A DNA stretch of 34,538 nucleotides, from contig MU006050.1 in assembly GCA_010093745.1 (NCBI GenBank), forward strand, positions 1 through 34,538. Direction: 5' to 3'. A program made the translations under genes and the position numbers. The DNA is from Piedraia hortae CBS 480.64. Its lineage: Eukaryota. Below the pieces are notes generated by a model. It had not been told where the DNA came from, searched no databases, and saw only the letters and a program-made list of their open reading frames with translations. Below are positions 10,309 through 21,229 of the stretch, piece by piece (within the stretch, counting starts at the first letter, position 1; every line of letters starts with the position of its first letter).

Positions 10309-11583
10309 TTATATAACCTCCCCATCCGCACCCTCAGCCCTCACCCCCTTAGTCGACCCTGTCCTCTTCCTCCTCCCATGAATCTTCTTATTAGTGGGCT
10401 CCTCAAACGGCTCGATCGGTTCCATAAACCCATCGTTATGCACCGCCCCGTAATACACCCTCGGAGTAGAAACCTCTTCCCCAACCGGCCAGAGTGATGT
10501 CTCGACTTCATCAACCTTATCGTATTCAAGTTTGTGGAGGTTATGCATATGCAACCTCCACGACCCTCTATCCTTGAGAGTTTTGTGGTGGCGATTGCAT
10601 GTTTCGTACGGACAGAGCCACTTCCTGATTACAGTCCCAACCGGGGCGACGTTATCATTTTCGTCTTCCGAGGGATTGTTGGGGTGGGAGGGTATATATT
10701 GTGTTATGTGATCGTTTATGGCATTGGATGGACGCTCGGGCATCACGCGAAGAGACATGTTTTCGTGGAAGAGGTCTGCACAACGTCTGGCTGAGCGCTG
10801 GACGATGGCAGGGTCCCACATGGACAAGGCAGCCATGCTGAGGACTTCGCTCCAGTCGCGGGGCGCGGGTGGAGGGTTTTGTTTGGGTTTTCCTTTGGGG
10901 GGTTCGTCGGAGTCGGTGGTAGAGATCGAGGGGTCGGTGTCGGGCTTGGACTTGTGTTTGTTTGCTTGCGGGTCCGTTCCGATGCGGTGGTGCTGACGGC
11001 TGAGTTGGAGGTTGTGAAGAAGCTGGTCGAGCTTGTCCATGATGTTGCGGATACTGGGGCCGAGGATTTTCCGAGCTTCGTCGTCATCGATGAGGAATGA
11101 TGGATGGATATTGGTGGATTCTTGGAATTGCAGGTCAAGTTGGTCTACACTCGATGTCCATCGTCTACTGTTAAACTTGTCCTTTGCTTGTCTCATTAAC
11201 ACCGCTTGAATCTCGTCCTCGATGTCTGCACTTGGCTTGTATTCGTAATTATACTCGTAAGCAGTGAAACGTTCTTCATTTCGAGGCACACGGTCTGGCG
11301 GGAGCGGCCAACTGGTCCAGGAACGAGACGGCTGCCAGGGCTGATCTCCGGCCTTGGACCACAAGCTTTTGTTGTTGGGCGGCCTACAGGTGGAGGCGTC
11401 TATGTCCCGTACACGGACTTTGAGCATATGTGCATTGTAAAGGTGCACAGCCAAGTCACCAGCTCGTTGGGCATCAAGCGAGCTGGCTAGTTGTACTACA
11501 TCATGGTTCTGGTGGAACCAGGTACTGGATGCTGTGGATCTGGACGATCGCACGCTACTGCCGCTGTCGAAGTCAGAGTCCAT
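10309..11583 (-). CDS. RRN9: Rrn9-domain protein (RNA polymerase I upstream activation factor subunit), 424 aa, with C-terminal C2H2-like finger
   Basis: LASSLDAQRAGDLAVHLYNAHMLK...WTSWPL..VPR matches the Rrn9 domain as recalled; also RDWSEVLSMAAL and CPYETC-x15-HMHNLH. Likely ATG at 11583; the upstream part of the listed 644-aa ORF is antisense to eIF4E. Confidence 0.85.
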   Translation of the reverse strand: MDSDFDSGSSVRSSRSTASSTWFHQNHDVVQLASSLDAQRAGDLAVHLYNAHMLKVRVRDIDASTCRPPNNKSLWSKAGDQPWQPSRSWTSWPLPPDRVPRNEERFTAYEYNYEYKPSADIEDEIQAVLMRQAKDKFNSRRWTSSVDQLDLQFQESTNIHPSFLIDDDEARKILGPSIRNIMDKLDQLLHNLQLSRQHHRIGTDPQANKHKSKPDTDPSISTTDSDEPPKGKPKQNPPPAPRDWSEVLSMAALSMWDPAIVQRSARRCADLFHENMSLRVMPERPSNAINDHITQYIPSHPNNPSEDENDNVAPVGTVIRKWLCPYETCNRHHKTLKDRGSWRLHMHNLHKLEYDKVDEVETSLWPVGEEVSTPRVYYGAVHNDGFMEPIEPFEEPTNKKIHGRRKRTGSTKGVRAEGADGEVI

Positions 11584-11716
11584 GAAACGGTGGAACGGCG
11601 GAACGGTGCCGCGCCCCGCGTCGTTTGGAAAGTGGGGCCGCGCTAGTGACTCAAAAGGGCAAGTTTTCGACGCACTTTGTCTTTGCTCCAACACACACCT
11701 ACTTCCAACTCTCGCA

Positions 11717-12504
11717 ATGGCTGCCGCGGCCAATCCCAACGAACCTGTCCCCCTCGATACTATCCCGATCTCCCCTGAGGGCGGCATCTCGGATGTGACG
11801 AACGCCAGCCACGGCGACAAGGACAAGATGGTGACGGTGTTTGACGATCCTGCCAATTTCAACGTCAAGCACCAGCTACAGCACACGTGGACGCTGTGGT
11901 TCACCAAGCCTCCCCAGGCTGGCAAGTCGGAATGGGGCGATTTGCTCAAGGAAGTCATCAGCTTTGACAGCGTCGAGGAGTTTTGGGGCGTTTGGGTAGG
12001 CCATCTCCGTACCGCGTTTGTCGATGACGCTGACCATGTTAGAACAACATCACGTTGGCCTCGGACCTCGCGCAGAAGTCGGACTACCACCTGTTCAAGA
12101 AGGGCGTGCGCCCCGAGTGGGAGGATCCGCAGAACAAGAACGGCGGCCGCTGGTCCTACACGTTCCGCACCTGCAAGCCGAGCGACGACATCTGGCTCAA
12201 CGTAGTGCTGGCGGCCATCGGCGAACAGCTCGAAGACGAGCACGACAACGAAGTCATGGGAGTCGTGATCAACATCCGCAAGGCCTTTTGGCGTGTCGGT
12301 CTCTGGACGCGCACGAATGGATCGCGCAAGAAGGGTAAAGAAGGCGATACGTCAGGCGAGGATGGTGAGGCGCGTCTCAAGAAGATTGGCAAGCGTTTCA
12401 AGGACGCGCTGCAGCTGCCGCCCGGTGAGGGCATTGAGTTCAGCAGCCATAGCGACGCGGCCCATTCGGGAAGCACGCGTGCCAAGACGAAGCTCACCCT
12501 TTAG
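11717..12504 (+). CDS. CDC33: Translation initiation factor eIF4E, 246 aa; exons 11717-11995 and 12043-12504
   Basis: KHQLQHTWTLWF, SVEEFWGVW|NNI, DYHLFKKGVRPEWEDPQNKNGGRW, GVVINIRK, GLWT. Intron 11996-12042 with GTAGGC, GCTGAC and TAG. Confidence 0.96.
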
Positions 12505-12612
12505 GATCATAGACATGAGGTTTGTCGACGGGCGTGGCACATGTGGTCGTCCAGAGGAGTCGACTCGTTATGATTGATGGTCTTATACCCAGCATTGCGT
12601 AAGGCGTTGTTT

Positions 12613-13806
12613 CTATACACAATTTCCCACGTCCACATCTGTCATGACTGTTGCCAATATGATGCAGTTTGTGATGAAGAAAGCTCCTCCTGCTAGGCCA
12701 ACCGAGTAAAAAGTTGACTTGCCAAGGAATTCTAGCTGAAAAGCCTTGTACAGCCAAGCTGCCTGTGTACATACCCATGCAAATAAAGCCGCCAAGCCCA
12801 CCGTCGGTCTCTTGACCAAAACCGACCGTGGAAGGTACAGCGGTAAGAAGACTAGATACCAGACGAAATACTGGCTCGTCGCAACCTTATTGAAAGTAAC
12901 AAACGCCACGGTCTGAGCCAGCATTGTAGATTCCAAATCCTTCCTCGCAATTGCCATGGGAACGATCACAACCGCCAACAACAACTGGGGAAGAAACGCA
13001 AGCTTCGGGACCAAACTACCGCTTCCATCGCCATAAGCAGAATCCCAATGCAGCAACGTATTCCAGACGGAGAAGTTGTGTCTGTGGTCGAGTCTTTTCA
13101 GGTGGTAGAGGAAGGTGTGTTCCACAGCCTGCATACCATAAGGCAAGAGTGAGAGGTTTAAAGCCGAGAAGGTAGCCAAACTGATCACGGCGAATTTCAC
13201 GTTGGTTCTGTTAAACACTTGGTTAAGGAAGCCCTGCGAGGAGGCATTCCAATGCCATAGGATTGCAAAGGCATAGATAAAAGGATAGATCTTCATGTGC
13301 GTTGCCAGTCCAAGCAGAACCGCAGCAAGAACCACTCTCCTCCGAATAGCAGCCCAGAGAAGGGCTATCACGATTAGAGAAAGAATGCTCTCGGCACTTC
13401 CGCGAGTGGAGATGTTGGCAACCATGGGGTTGAGCAGCCAGACACTTGCGTAGCGAGTGCTTTTGGCTTGATCATAACCCCTTTGGCGGAGGAGAGCATA
13501 GATGCCCAAGCCAGTAGCCATGTCTGCGGCGGCAAAGAGACATTTTCCAAAGGTGAAGACGTAGTTGGTCGGATACAAGAGCCAGGCTACGAGCGGCGTG
13601 TAGCGGTATGTGGAGCGCTGATAGGGGGACGCCCCACGGAACACGTAGCGAGCCGCATCGGTGAAGACGTAATAGTCAACGTCGGTGTACTTTAGTGGTG
13701 AGTGTGCATCTTGCCATTGGCCGTAACAAAGGAGAGCGATGCGAAACAGGGCAGAAAGCGGGATGACGACGGCCGGCCGCAAAAGGGGCATTTTTTCCTC
13801 TGGCAT
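12613..13806 (-). CDS. GPI14: GPI mannosyltransferase 1 (PIG-M), single exon
   Basis: KYTDVDYYVFTDAA, SPYQRSTYRYTP, ISTRGSAES, HMKIYP, RLDHRHNFS, FVTFNKVATSQYF; many transmembrane segments. Confidence 0.96.
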   Translation of the reverse strand: MPEEKMPLLRPAVVIPLSALFRIALLCYGQWQDAHSPLKYTDVDYYVFTDAARYVFRGASPYQRSTYRYTPLVAWLLYPTNYVFTFGKCLFAAADMATGLGIYALLRQRGYDQAKSTRYASVWLLNPMVANISTRGSAESILSLIVIALLWAAIRRRVVLAAVLLGLATHMKIYPFIYAFAILWHWNASSQGFLNQVFNRTNVKFAVISLATFSALNLSLLPYGMQAVEHTFLYHLKRLDHRHNFSVWNTLLHWDSAYGDGSGSLVPKLAFLPQLLLAVVIVPMAIARKDLESTMLAQTVAFVTFNKVATSQYFVWYLVFLPLYLPRSVLVKRPTVGLAALFAWVCTQAAWLYKAFQLEFLGKSTFYSVGLAGGAFFITNCIILATVMTDVDVGNCV

Positions 13807-14309
13807 CGCGTCAGATGACCATTACGGGTGGCTTGATGCCATTGTTACAAGGATCGGTCTTTGTGCGACGCGCTGCGACGTTGCTGCGACGTGACGCGAG
13901 GTCGGAGCATCGGTCGTCGGGATCTACGCTGCTGCAGGGGTCGGCCCGCGCCGCAGCGGCAACCTTGTCCTGAACTTCACCCTATCTTCGGCCCAATTCA
14001 TTGCGCGTTTTGACTCTTGGATTAGGCAGGATCGTTGTAATCTTGATTCATAATGATGCCACCTCGCATGTGCGCCACTAGCCCCATCCCGAAGCTTGGT
14101 TTTCGGCAATTTCCACCGCGGACTGCCGGAGGCAGAACGGCCAACGCACCCCCGTCCACCGATGAAGCGAACCACAAAGTCCCGGCGCGGGAGGCTAAGC
14201 GAAATGTCGGAAATTTAGACCGGCCCGAACCTTCGTATCGACGTGACGTCGCGGGTGGGCGGCGCCCGCTGGAGGCGACCACGAGCTCGACATGGATAAG
14301 CCCCGAGGG

Positions 14310-14345
14310 GTCCACTGAGTCTACTGAGTCCACCGAGTCCACCGG
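14310..14345 (+). repeat. 9-bp tandem repeat, 4 copies
   Basis: gtccactga gtctactga gtccaccga gtccaccgg, about 100 bp upstream of the ATG at 14447. Confidence 0.8.
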
Positions 14346-14446
14346 CTTTGCCGAGCACGCTATTGGCGGACAGCAGGGATTATGTCACGCTCGAGCGATG
14401 CTACAAAAAGCTACTGGAAGCCCCTCTGCATCTGTGGCGGTAAACA

Positions 14447-15448
14447 ATGCGATTGTCAGCCTTGCTCTTCGCTGGCCTCGCGTTGGCGACTCCGGTGGTC
14501 CACAGAGCTGCAGCTGACTGCCAGCCAACAATCAGGACGCTGTTCAGGGCCGACAATCTGCTGGTGGAGAACCTTGCCCAGACAAGCAAAGGGGATCTGA
14601 TCCTCAATCCTCTTACTTCGCAAGGCCGAATCTACAGCGTGTCGCCCTATGCGTCACAGCCCAGGCCCGAAGTCATCGCCATATTGCCCAACTATCCAGC
14701 CGCCGATGGTCTCACAGGAATAAGCGAGGTGTGGCCAGGCATCTTTGCCGTTGGTGGACAAAAGCTTGTGGGCTATGCAGCTTCCCCCAATACAAGCGGT
14801 ATCTACTTGCTTGATGTCCGCAGTGGTGTGACGCATGCCAAGATCAATAAGGTCGCTTCGATACCCGCAATAGGCATTATCAACGGCATAGTCGCCATCC
14901 CCAACACGGGCCTTGTGTTGGTGGCAGACTCCGTCTATGGGCGAGTCTACCGCGTTAATACAGTCACTGGAAAAGTGGATCTAGTCATGGAAGGTGACCT
15001 GTTCAAGCCTCTCGACCAATCAGTAAACCGTATCTCGCTTGGCATTAATGGCGTCAAGATCAGAAACGGATGGCTCTACTTTACGAGTTCTGCACGTGGG
15101 CTGTTTGGACGAGTCAAGATCTCGCCTCGAGGTGATCGCCAGGGAAAGATCCAGGTGATTGCCACGCTTGACATTGCACACACGGCCGCCGCTTACGACG
15201 ACTTTACTCTGGACCGCAACCTGAACGCGTATATTGGGTTGCAGAACAACGCTATTGTTAAGATTACGCCGCAAGGCAATCAGACGGTGCTGGCAACGGG
15301 GGTTCCGACGGTCAACGGCACATATACGGTTGATGGTCCGTCTTCGGTCGTTATTGATCGGTGGAACCCAAAGAAGTTGTACGTTTCGGAGAACGGGGGC
15401 GCTAACGGGGGGAAGAACGGGGGTCTGCTGGAAATGACCCTGTGTTAA
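14447..15448 (+). CDS. Secreted SMP-30/gluconolactonase-like six-bladed beta-propeller protein
   Basis: Signal peptide MRLSALLFAGLALA; VENLA, INGI..VLVADSVYGRVYRVN, GINGVKIRNGWLYFTSS, YDDFTLD, GPSSV motifs. Confidence 0.88.
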   Translation: MRLSALLFAGLALATPVVHRAAADCQPTIRTLFRADNLLVENLAQTSKGDLILNPLTSQGRIYSVSPYASQPRPEVIAILPNYPAADGLTGISEVWPGIFAVGGQKLVGYAASPNTSGIYLLDVRSGVTHAKINKVASIPAIGIINGIVAIPNTGLVLVADSVYGRVYRVNTVTGKVDLVMEGDLFKPLDQSVNRISLGINGVKIRNGWLYFTSSARGLFGRVKISPRGDRQGKIQVIATLDIAHTAAAYDDFTLDRNLNAYIGLQNNAIVKITPQGNQTVLATGVPTVNGTYTVDGPSSVVIDRWNPKKLYVSENGGANGGKNGGLLEMTLC

Positions 15449-15750
15449 GCGTAATTAGTGTTAATGTGAGTTCTTTGAGATTCTTCTACTGCATTCCATG
15501 ACAGCTGTCAAGGCCATGTGCCAGACATGGGGGTCCACGTGGAATACGAGTTGACAGTTCCCAAGGGCCGGGTAAAGGTCGAGTTGCACGGACAGATAAT
15601 AGTTGGTGGGTGATATGGCAACGGCTAAACCTTGGACCCTGCATGCGGACGTTCTGCCTTGATTGCGTCGCCCAGCCACTCCAACGTCTGCACACGCTGT
15701 CAACAGTGACGCCGTCACAACATTGACCGCGCCATCAACTCTGCTCCAAC

Positions 15751-16451
15751 ATGGCGTTCTCGGGCTTCTTGTTTCTCGCATGGCGACTATTTGAGATTAT
15801 CACGCTGATTCCCGTCATGGGAATGTTGGCCTGGTTCGTGCATCAATATGTCAAAGCGAACCTTTTGACGCCAACGTATATCCTCGTTTTATTCATCGTA
15901 TCAGTCGTCGCATTGGCATGGGCACTGTTTACAACAATCGCTTACCTGCGCGCACGGCACGATGCTGCTTTCGTGGCGCTCTTCGATCTTGCCATCATGG
16001 GTGGCTTAATCGCTGGAGTCTACTATCTGCGTAATATCGCCAAGCAGAACTGCACCAGCCTGCGTGCTCAGCGACAGAACCTCGGCGGATCCATCAGCTA
16101 TCGTGCGGACAAGCAGTGCGTAATGCTCAAAGCCGCCTTCGCACTGAGCATCATCAATATTATTTCCTTTTTCATCACCTTTGTAAGTTGCCGGCAGTGG
16201 AAGGGAGTCGGAAAAAAAAAGGCTAACTAGATCAGCTCTTGGCGTTACTCGTCCACCGCCATCACAAGAAAGAGGACCGAGTCGTTGTCAAGCGCCAGTA
16301 CCGCGGCTCGTCCCGACATGGAAGCCACCACTCTCGCTCACGTTCTCGCAGCAGGGACCACCATCATCGTTCAAGCAGGGATTATGACTACAGACCGTCT
16401 AGCCGTCACCATTCGACTCATAGGAGCAGTCGGAGGGAGTATTATGTGTGA
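15751..16451 (+). CDS. MARVEL-domain four-TM membrane protein with Arg/Ser/His-rich tail, 215 aa; exons 15751-16182 and 16236-16451
   Basis: Four hydrophobic helices, C..LKAAFALSI. Phase-0 intron 16183-16235 (GTAAGT, GCTAAC, CAG) joins the LLALLVHRHH tail. Confidence 0.85.
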
Positions 16452-16906
16452 GGGAAGGAGGGTAGGAAGGGGGGGGGAAGAAGTTAATGTAGTATAGGTA
16501 CATAATAGGTTCATAATGAATATTGCATGGGCATCTCAATGAACCTGTAGCAATAATGGGTCGGCAGATGCAGATGCAGACGCCCGAGTGGGCTTGTGTG
16601 ATGCGGGACTCGACCGCATGCTGACGGGGCCGATCTGTCTCAACGCCGATGGTGGACAGATGGCTTGCAATACCGAAACCTTGTCAAGACAATCACATTG
16701 TGGCATCTGTTTGATCACGGAGTGTAGCGAAACGCAGGAGCCACTGCTCAACGGGGGGAGGGGGATTTTTGCGGGATTCCGATGGATTTCCATCCGACCA
16801 ACGGGTTCACATGCAAATGTCACAGGGATGATAACATCATGTGACACGGAACATTCCGCGCTGACGTATTCACCACTTTGCAGTTTTTGGACTCCCCACA
16901 AACGAC

Positions 16907-17822
16907 ATGGCTGACGATAAACCGCAGAAGAGCGTGGCATTTGCCGCTGAACAAGATGTCGTTGATCCTGATGGCGAAGTCACTCAGAAAAGCGTTCCGG
17001 AGGCCGACAAACCGATGGATGAAATGAATGCAATGTTCGAGGGACTGGGCAAGAAAAAGAAGAAGAAGCCGAAAAAGGAGGACAAGGAGGAAGAAGAGCC
17101 CAAAGACGGGTCCGATGACGTACTCAGCCTCAAGAAGAAAAAGTTGAAGAAGGCACTACCTGACTTCGACGCCGAACTGGCACAAGCGGGAGCCACAGCG
17201 GACGAGACAAAGGAAGAAAAGGACGAGGCCGGAGAGGAGGGTGTACAGGAAGGAGACCTTGTTAAGGGCACAGGGATTTGGGCACACGACTGTACGACGC
17301 CCTACACCTACGCCTCGCTCGCCTATCGTTTCTACACCGTCCTGCATGATAGCCACCCGGATCTTGCATCCAGCGGATCCAAAAGCTACAAGATCCCGCC
17401 GCCGCAGTGTCTGCGTGAAGGCAACAAGAAGACCATTTTTGCGAACATTGCCGACATCTGCCGCCGCATGAAGCGGACAGACGAGCATGTCACGCAGTTT
17501 TTGTTTGCAGAATTGGGTACGTCTGGCTCTGTAGACGGCAGCCGTCGTCTGGTCATCAAAGGCCGGTTTCAGCAGAAGCAGATTGAGAATGTTTTGCGGC
17601 GGTACATCGGTAAGTTGTTTGATATACTGCTGTATATGTGCTGACGGCTGGACAGTGGAATACGTAACATGCAAGACGTGCCGTTCGCCAGACACGGAGC
17701 TCAACAAGGGCGAGAACAGGTTATACTTTGTCACCTGCAACTCGTGCGGCTCTCGGCGGTCTGTGGCGGCCATCAAGACGGGATTCTCAGCCCAAGTGGG
17801 AAGACGCAGGAGGATGCAGTAA
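16907..17822 (+). CDS. SUI3: Translation initiation factor eIF2 beta subunit, 289 aa; exons 16907-17609 and 17656-17822
   Basis: Poly-Lys boxes, [34 protein letters not shown]4 finger CKTC...CNSC. Intron 17610-17655 with GTAAGT, GCTGAC and CAG. Confidence 0.96.
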
Positions 17823-17875
17823 GTTGTTACAGTCACTATTACAGTCATTATCACCCTGTTGTTACCCTGACAGTT

Positions 17876-18730
17876 TCATTCTTCATGCCCATCTTCTGTC
17901 CCTGCTCGCTTTCTTTTCCCACCCTTCTTGGCTGCCGTCTTCTTCTCCTCCTTGGGTCTCTTCTTTTGAGTCGGAGGGTGCTGGTGGTCGTTCTCATCGT
18001 GTGCATCTCTCGCTGGGCTTCCTTTTGCCACCTTGGCTTTAGCCGATTTCTTAATCTGCGGAGCGAGTATAGCCACCTGCTCTTCCTGGACATTGCCATC
18101 AAGCCTTCTGTGAGCTTTCAGCCAATTATGCTGTGAAAGCGGGTTCAGAAGCTCAGCGACCCTCTCCAGTTCTCTGGGCGTCATTTCCGCCAGGTGTCTA
18201 TCCTCATCGTCTACCACTCCATTATCCAACTTAGCAAGATGTTCAGCCTCCTGCTCGGTACTGAACCACCTGGGGTTATCCTTAACCTGCAAATCCTCCG
18301 GCAGGGCAGCCTCATCGATCGTCCCATCTGCTCTCCTCGGAACCCTGGGCAACACAAAATTATACGAAGCTGCAAAATCCTCCAACATCTCCCCGGCCGG
18401 GGCATGTTGTTCCCCATCGGGCCAAATCTGTGGTGCCCTCCCCCTCCTCACATCAATCCCCCCAGGCGTAGAATCATTAATCTCAAGCGCAATCTCCCTC
18501 AACGCATCCAAATCTTCCCGTAGCCGCTTAGCAGTAGAATCAAGCTTCATCTCCGTCTTGAAAAGCCGTTTGTTCTGCTCCGCGAGAACTTCAAACCTTG
18601 CGCGCGTCTTCCGGTACGCTTTGCGCCAGCTTTTGTATGGCGGCCGGCCTGTAACTGACGCTAGTGACTTCCCGCCCATTGTTGGATGAGCGGGCTGCGA
18701 TGCGTGCGGACTAGAGGGTGGTGAGGACAT
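17876..18730 (-). CDS. IEC3: INO80 complex subunit IEC3-like
   Basis: YKSWRKAYRKTRARFE followed by coiled coil, NPLSQHNWLKAH, basic tail; matches the recalled IEC3 layout. Confidence 0.8.
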   Translation of the reverse strand: MSSPPSSPHASQPAHPTMGGKSLASVTGRPPYKSWRKAYRKTRARFEVLAEQNKRLFKTEMKLDSTAKRLREDLDALREIALEINDSTPGGIDVRRGRAPQIWPDGEQHAPAGEMLEDFAASYNFVLPRVPRRADGTIDEAALPEDLQVKDNPRWFSTEQEAEHLAKLDNGVVDDEDRHLAEMTPRELERVAELLNPLSQHNWLKAHRRLDGNVQEEQVAILAPQIKKSAKAKVAKGSPARDAHDENDHQHPPTQKKRPKEEKKTAAKKGGKRKRAGTEDGHEE

Positions 18731-18840
18731 GGTTGGATGGATGGAATGGGGCAGCCTGAGGTGAATGTGAAGTTAGCAACGGGGCGGGCCGGGCCGGCGC
18801 ACATTGCAATACTCTTCCAATGCGAAGCGGAGTAGATAGC

Positions 18841-19896
18841 ATGGCGAAGCAGCAAGAGTCTAATAAAAAGCGCCAGCGAAATGTAGAGGAGGGGAAGCTA
18901 GTAATTGACATCTCCCTCCCCGAGCCGCCTTCGAAAAAAGCGAAGCGGCTTGAGAAGAAGAAGAAGTCCAAAACCACCACAAACAAACCACCCAACCCTC
19001 CAAAACAGGAATCTATACACACCAAAGAAACCAAGGAAACACCCCCCAAGAAAAACCCCTCCCCATCAATACATTCAATCTGGATCGCCAACCTCCCCTT
19101 CAGCACCACAAAATCCACCCTCCGCACCTTCTTCGCTTCAGCGGGCATAACCGCGGAATCAATAACGCGAATCCACCTCCCCACCCCATCTAAACCTTCT
19201 AACGCGAAGAATAAAGGCTTCGCGTACGTAGATTTCACTTCCCCCGCAGAGGTGGAGATAGCACTCAGTCTGTCAGAGACGCTGTTGAGTGGGCGGAAGG
19301 TGCTTGTCAAACGCGCTAGTGACTTCACCGGGAGGCCGGACGAGGGGAACAACAAAGGGGGGGATGAGAAGAGGAGGGACGCTCCGACGTCAAGGAGGCT
19401 TTTTGTAGGAAATTTGGGTTTTGAGACTACGCTGGAGGATTTGAGGGAGTATTTTGGAACTGAGGATTGCCACATGGCTACTTTTTTGGATTCGGGGAAG
19501 TGTAAGGGTTTTGCGTGGGTTAGGGTACCTAGTGTGGAGGTTGCGAAGGGTTTTGTGGGGGGGGACGGGGGAGATTTGTTGCATGGGAGGAAGTTGAGGT
19601 GTGAGTATGCGGAGGATGGGGCTGTGAGGTATGTTAGGAGGTTTGGCGGGGGGAAGGGGGGTGATACCAAGGGGGAGAGGAAGCAGGAGGGAAAGGACGA
19701 GTGGATTGAGGAGGTTGATGGCAGCAAAAAGGCTGATGAGATGAAAAAGGGGAAGGGCGTGTTGAATGCAGAGCAGAAAAGGGCCGAGCGAAGGAAGAGA
19801 CATGACCTGAAAGTTGCACAAAAGGAAGTACAGGCTCCTTCTGTGAAGAGGACGGGTGCGATTGTACAAGGTTCGGGAACGAAGATTGTGTTTTAA
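18841..19896 (+). CDS. NOP13: Nucleolar two-RRM protein, Nop13/Rnp24-like (alternative start 18820)
   Basis: IDISLPEPPSKKAKR; RRM1 IWIANL..KGFAYVDF; DFTGRP; RRM2 LFVGNL..ATFLDSGKCKGFAWV; C-terminal TGAIVQGSGTKIVF. Confidence 0.85.
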   Translation: MAKQQESNKKRQRNVEEGKLVIDISLPEPPSKKAKRLEKKKKSKTTTNKPPNPPKQESIHTKETKETPPKKNPSPSIHSIWIANLPFSTTKSTLRTFFASAGITAESITRIHLPTPSKPSNAKNKGFAYVDFTSPAEVEIALSLSETLLSGRKVLVKRASDFTGRPDEGNNKGGDEKRRDAPTSRRLFVGNLGFETTLEDLREYFGTEDCHMATFLDSGKCKGFAWVRVPSVEVAKGFVGGDGGDLLHGRKLRCEYAEDGAVRYVRRFGGGKGGDTKGERKQEGKDEWIEEVDGSKKADEMKKGKGVLNAEQKRAERRKRHDLKVAQKEVQAPSVKRTGAIVQGSGTKIVF

Positions 19897-19900
19897 GTTT

Positions 19901-21229
19901 CTACATGGCAAACTTCATGATTGCCTTCTTGACTGGTCCGAGGTTTTGTAAAAGGTCCATTCCTACGCCTCTGCCCCATGGCACTGGTCCTCCTAGTCTG
20001 AAGAGTATTTGTAGCTTGTCAACTGCGCCCAGCATGGCATGGTTGGCTGGCCATCTCTTGCGTGTATACTCATCTAGACACCATGTTGAGCCAATGTCCA
20101 TTCCCTGGGCCGTGGCTTCGGCGATTCTACGGGCTAGGCAATCTGCGTCTGCTAGCCCAAGGTTCAGGCCCTGTCCCGCTAGCGGATGCACCGTGTGTGC
20201 CGCATCGCCTACTAATGCCACCCGTGGAGAGACATAGGTGTCTGCGTGTCGTATTCTCAGAGGGAATGATGCTCGCGTCTGTGGTTCGACAGCTGTCACA
20301 GAAGGCACTGCCGGGCCTGTACTGGCTGTAGCACTCTGACGCCATTCAATCTCATCTACTGTAACTGCGTGGGAGAGCATGTACTCCAGGTCATCCCACC
20401 TCAAGCGGAAAGCTGCATTAATCATGGCTACAAAGACCTCCGGTGCCATATTTTTGAGAGCAGCAGCGTGCTCGGGTGATGTGCTCCATACTAAGCTGGC
20501 TGCATTGCAAGGCAGAGGCAGCAGAGCTACGGGTCCTGTGGGTAGGAACCGCTGGTAGGCTTTCCGAGTAGCTCCAGGACTGAGATATTGGTCCAATGTA
20601 AGAGTTGCAACCACGCCGTGTTGTCCGTAATCCCGTCCTGGGCTGGGAATGTTGACGAATTGTCGTACGGGGCTATTCCCACCATCTGCTCCTACTAGCA
20701 GCCGGGTTGCAACTGGGCTCCCGTGAGATAGCTGCACTAGAGGCCACTGGGAGAGATCTAACCCTTCATGGGACTCTCCAAGCTTGATAGATTCGACTTT
20801 GGTCTTATCCCATACTTGTATCCGGGAGCCAGCCACGAGTTCAAGCAATGCAGAGGTCAGGTTGTTATTCTCGCACATTGTTGCTACCGTGTCACCATCT
20901 TCTCCATCGAAATTTACCCGGCCTCCACTGACTCCATCCCAGACTTCCATTCCATGGTAAGGCTGTGTTCTTGCTTCTTCGATGCGTTCCCAAGCACCTA
21001 TTCTTCGGAGAAAAGCTTCTGAAGATGGTCTTAATGAAGAGCATCGATTTGAAAACGGTCGATCTGGGGGTCCGGGGCTTTTTGGAGTAAGATCCTGAGT
21101 GTCAATGAGACCGATTTTCAGTCGACTCGTAGATGGCTGAGAAAGAAGAGCTGCTGTAAAAGCCAATCCAACTGGGCCCCCTCCCACGGTTAGCACATCG
21201 TAAATCTCAGGAACACCCCGACGGAGCAT
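19901..21229 (-). CDS. COQ6: Ubiquinone biosynthesis FAD monooxygenase (possible extra 5' exon, see findings)
   Basis: YDVLTVGGGPVG, FSNRCSSL, LLVGADGGNSPVR, AYQRFLPTGPVALLP, LVGDAAHTVHPLAGQGLNLG. Confidence 0.95.
   Translation of the reverse strand: MLRRGVPEIYDVLTVGGGPVGLAFTAALLSQPSTSRLKIGLIDTQDLTPKSPGPPDRPFSNRCSSLRPSSEAFLRRIGAWERIEEARTQPYHGMEVWDGVSGGRVNFDGEDGDTVATMCENNNLTSALLELVAGSRIQVWDKTKVESIKLGESHEGLDLSQWPLVQLSHGSPVATRLLVGADGGNSPVRQFVNIPSPGRDYGQHGVVATLTLDQYLSPGATRKAYQRFLPTGPVALLPLPCNAASLVWSTSPEHAAALKNMAPEVFVAMINAAFRLRWDDLEYMLSHAVTVDEIEWRQSATASTGPAVPSVTAVEPQTRASFPLRIRHADTYVSPRVALVGDAAHTVHPLAGQGLNLGLADADCLARRIAEATAQGMDIGSTWCLDEYTRKRWPANHAMLGAVDKLQILFRLGGPVPWGRGVGMDLLQNLGPVKKAIMKFAM

Noticed and set aside
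9909..10331. Overlapping 97-140 aa ORFs beside the RRN9 3' end
   Set aside because: No family recognised in any frame; possibly relic sequence but unsupported.
11584..12243. N-terminal 220 aa of the listed 644-aa minus ORF
   Set aside because: It is the antisense shadow of eIF4E and crosses its intron; Rrn9 similarity begins after the Met at 11583.
14053..14517. 154-aa ORF upstream of the SMP-30-like gene
   Set aside because: GC-rich promoter sequence with a 9-bp repeat; no protein-like features.
18711..19727. 338-aa minus ORF, and similar ORFs at 17156-17854 and 19390-19911
   Set aside because: Antisense to well-supported genes and explained by compositional bias.
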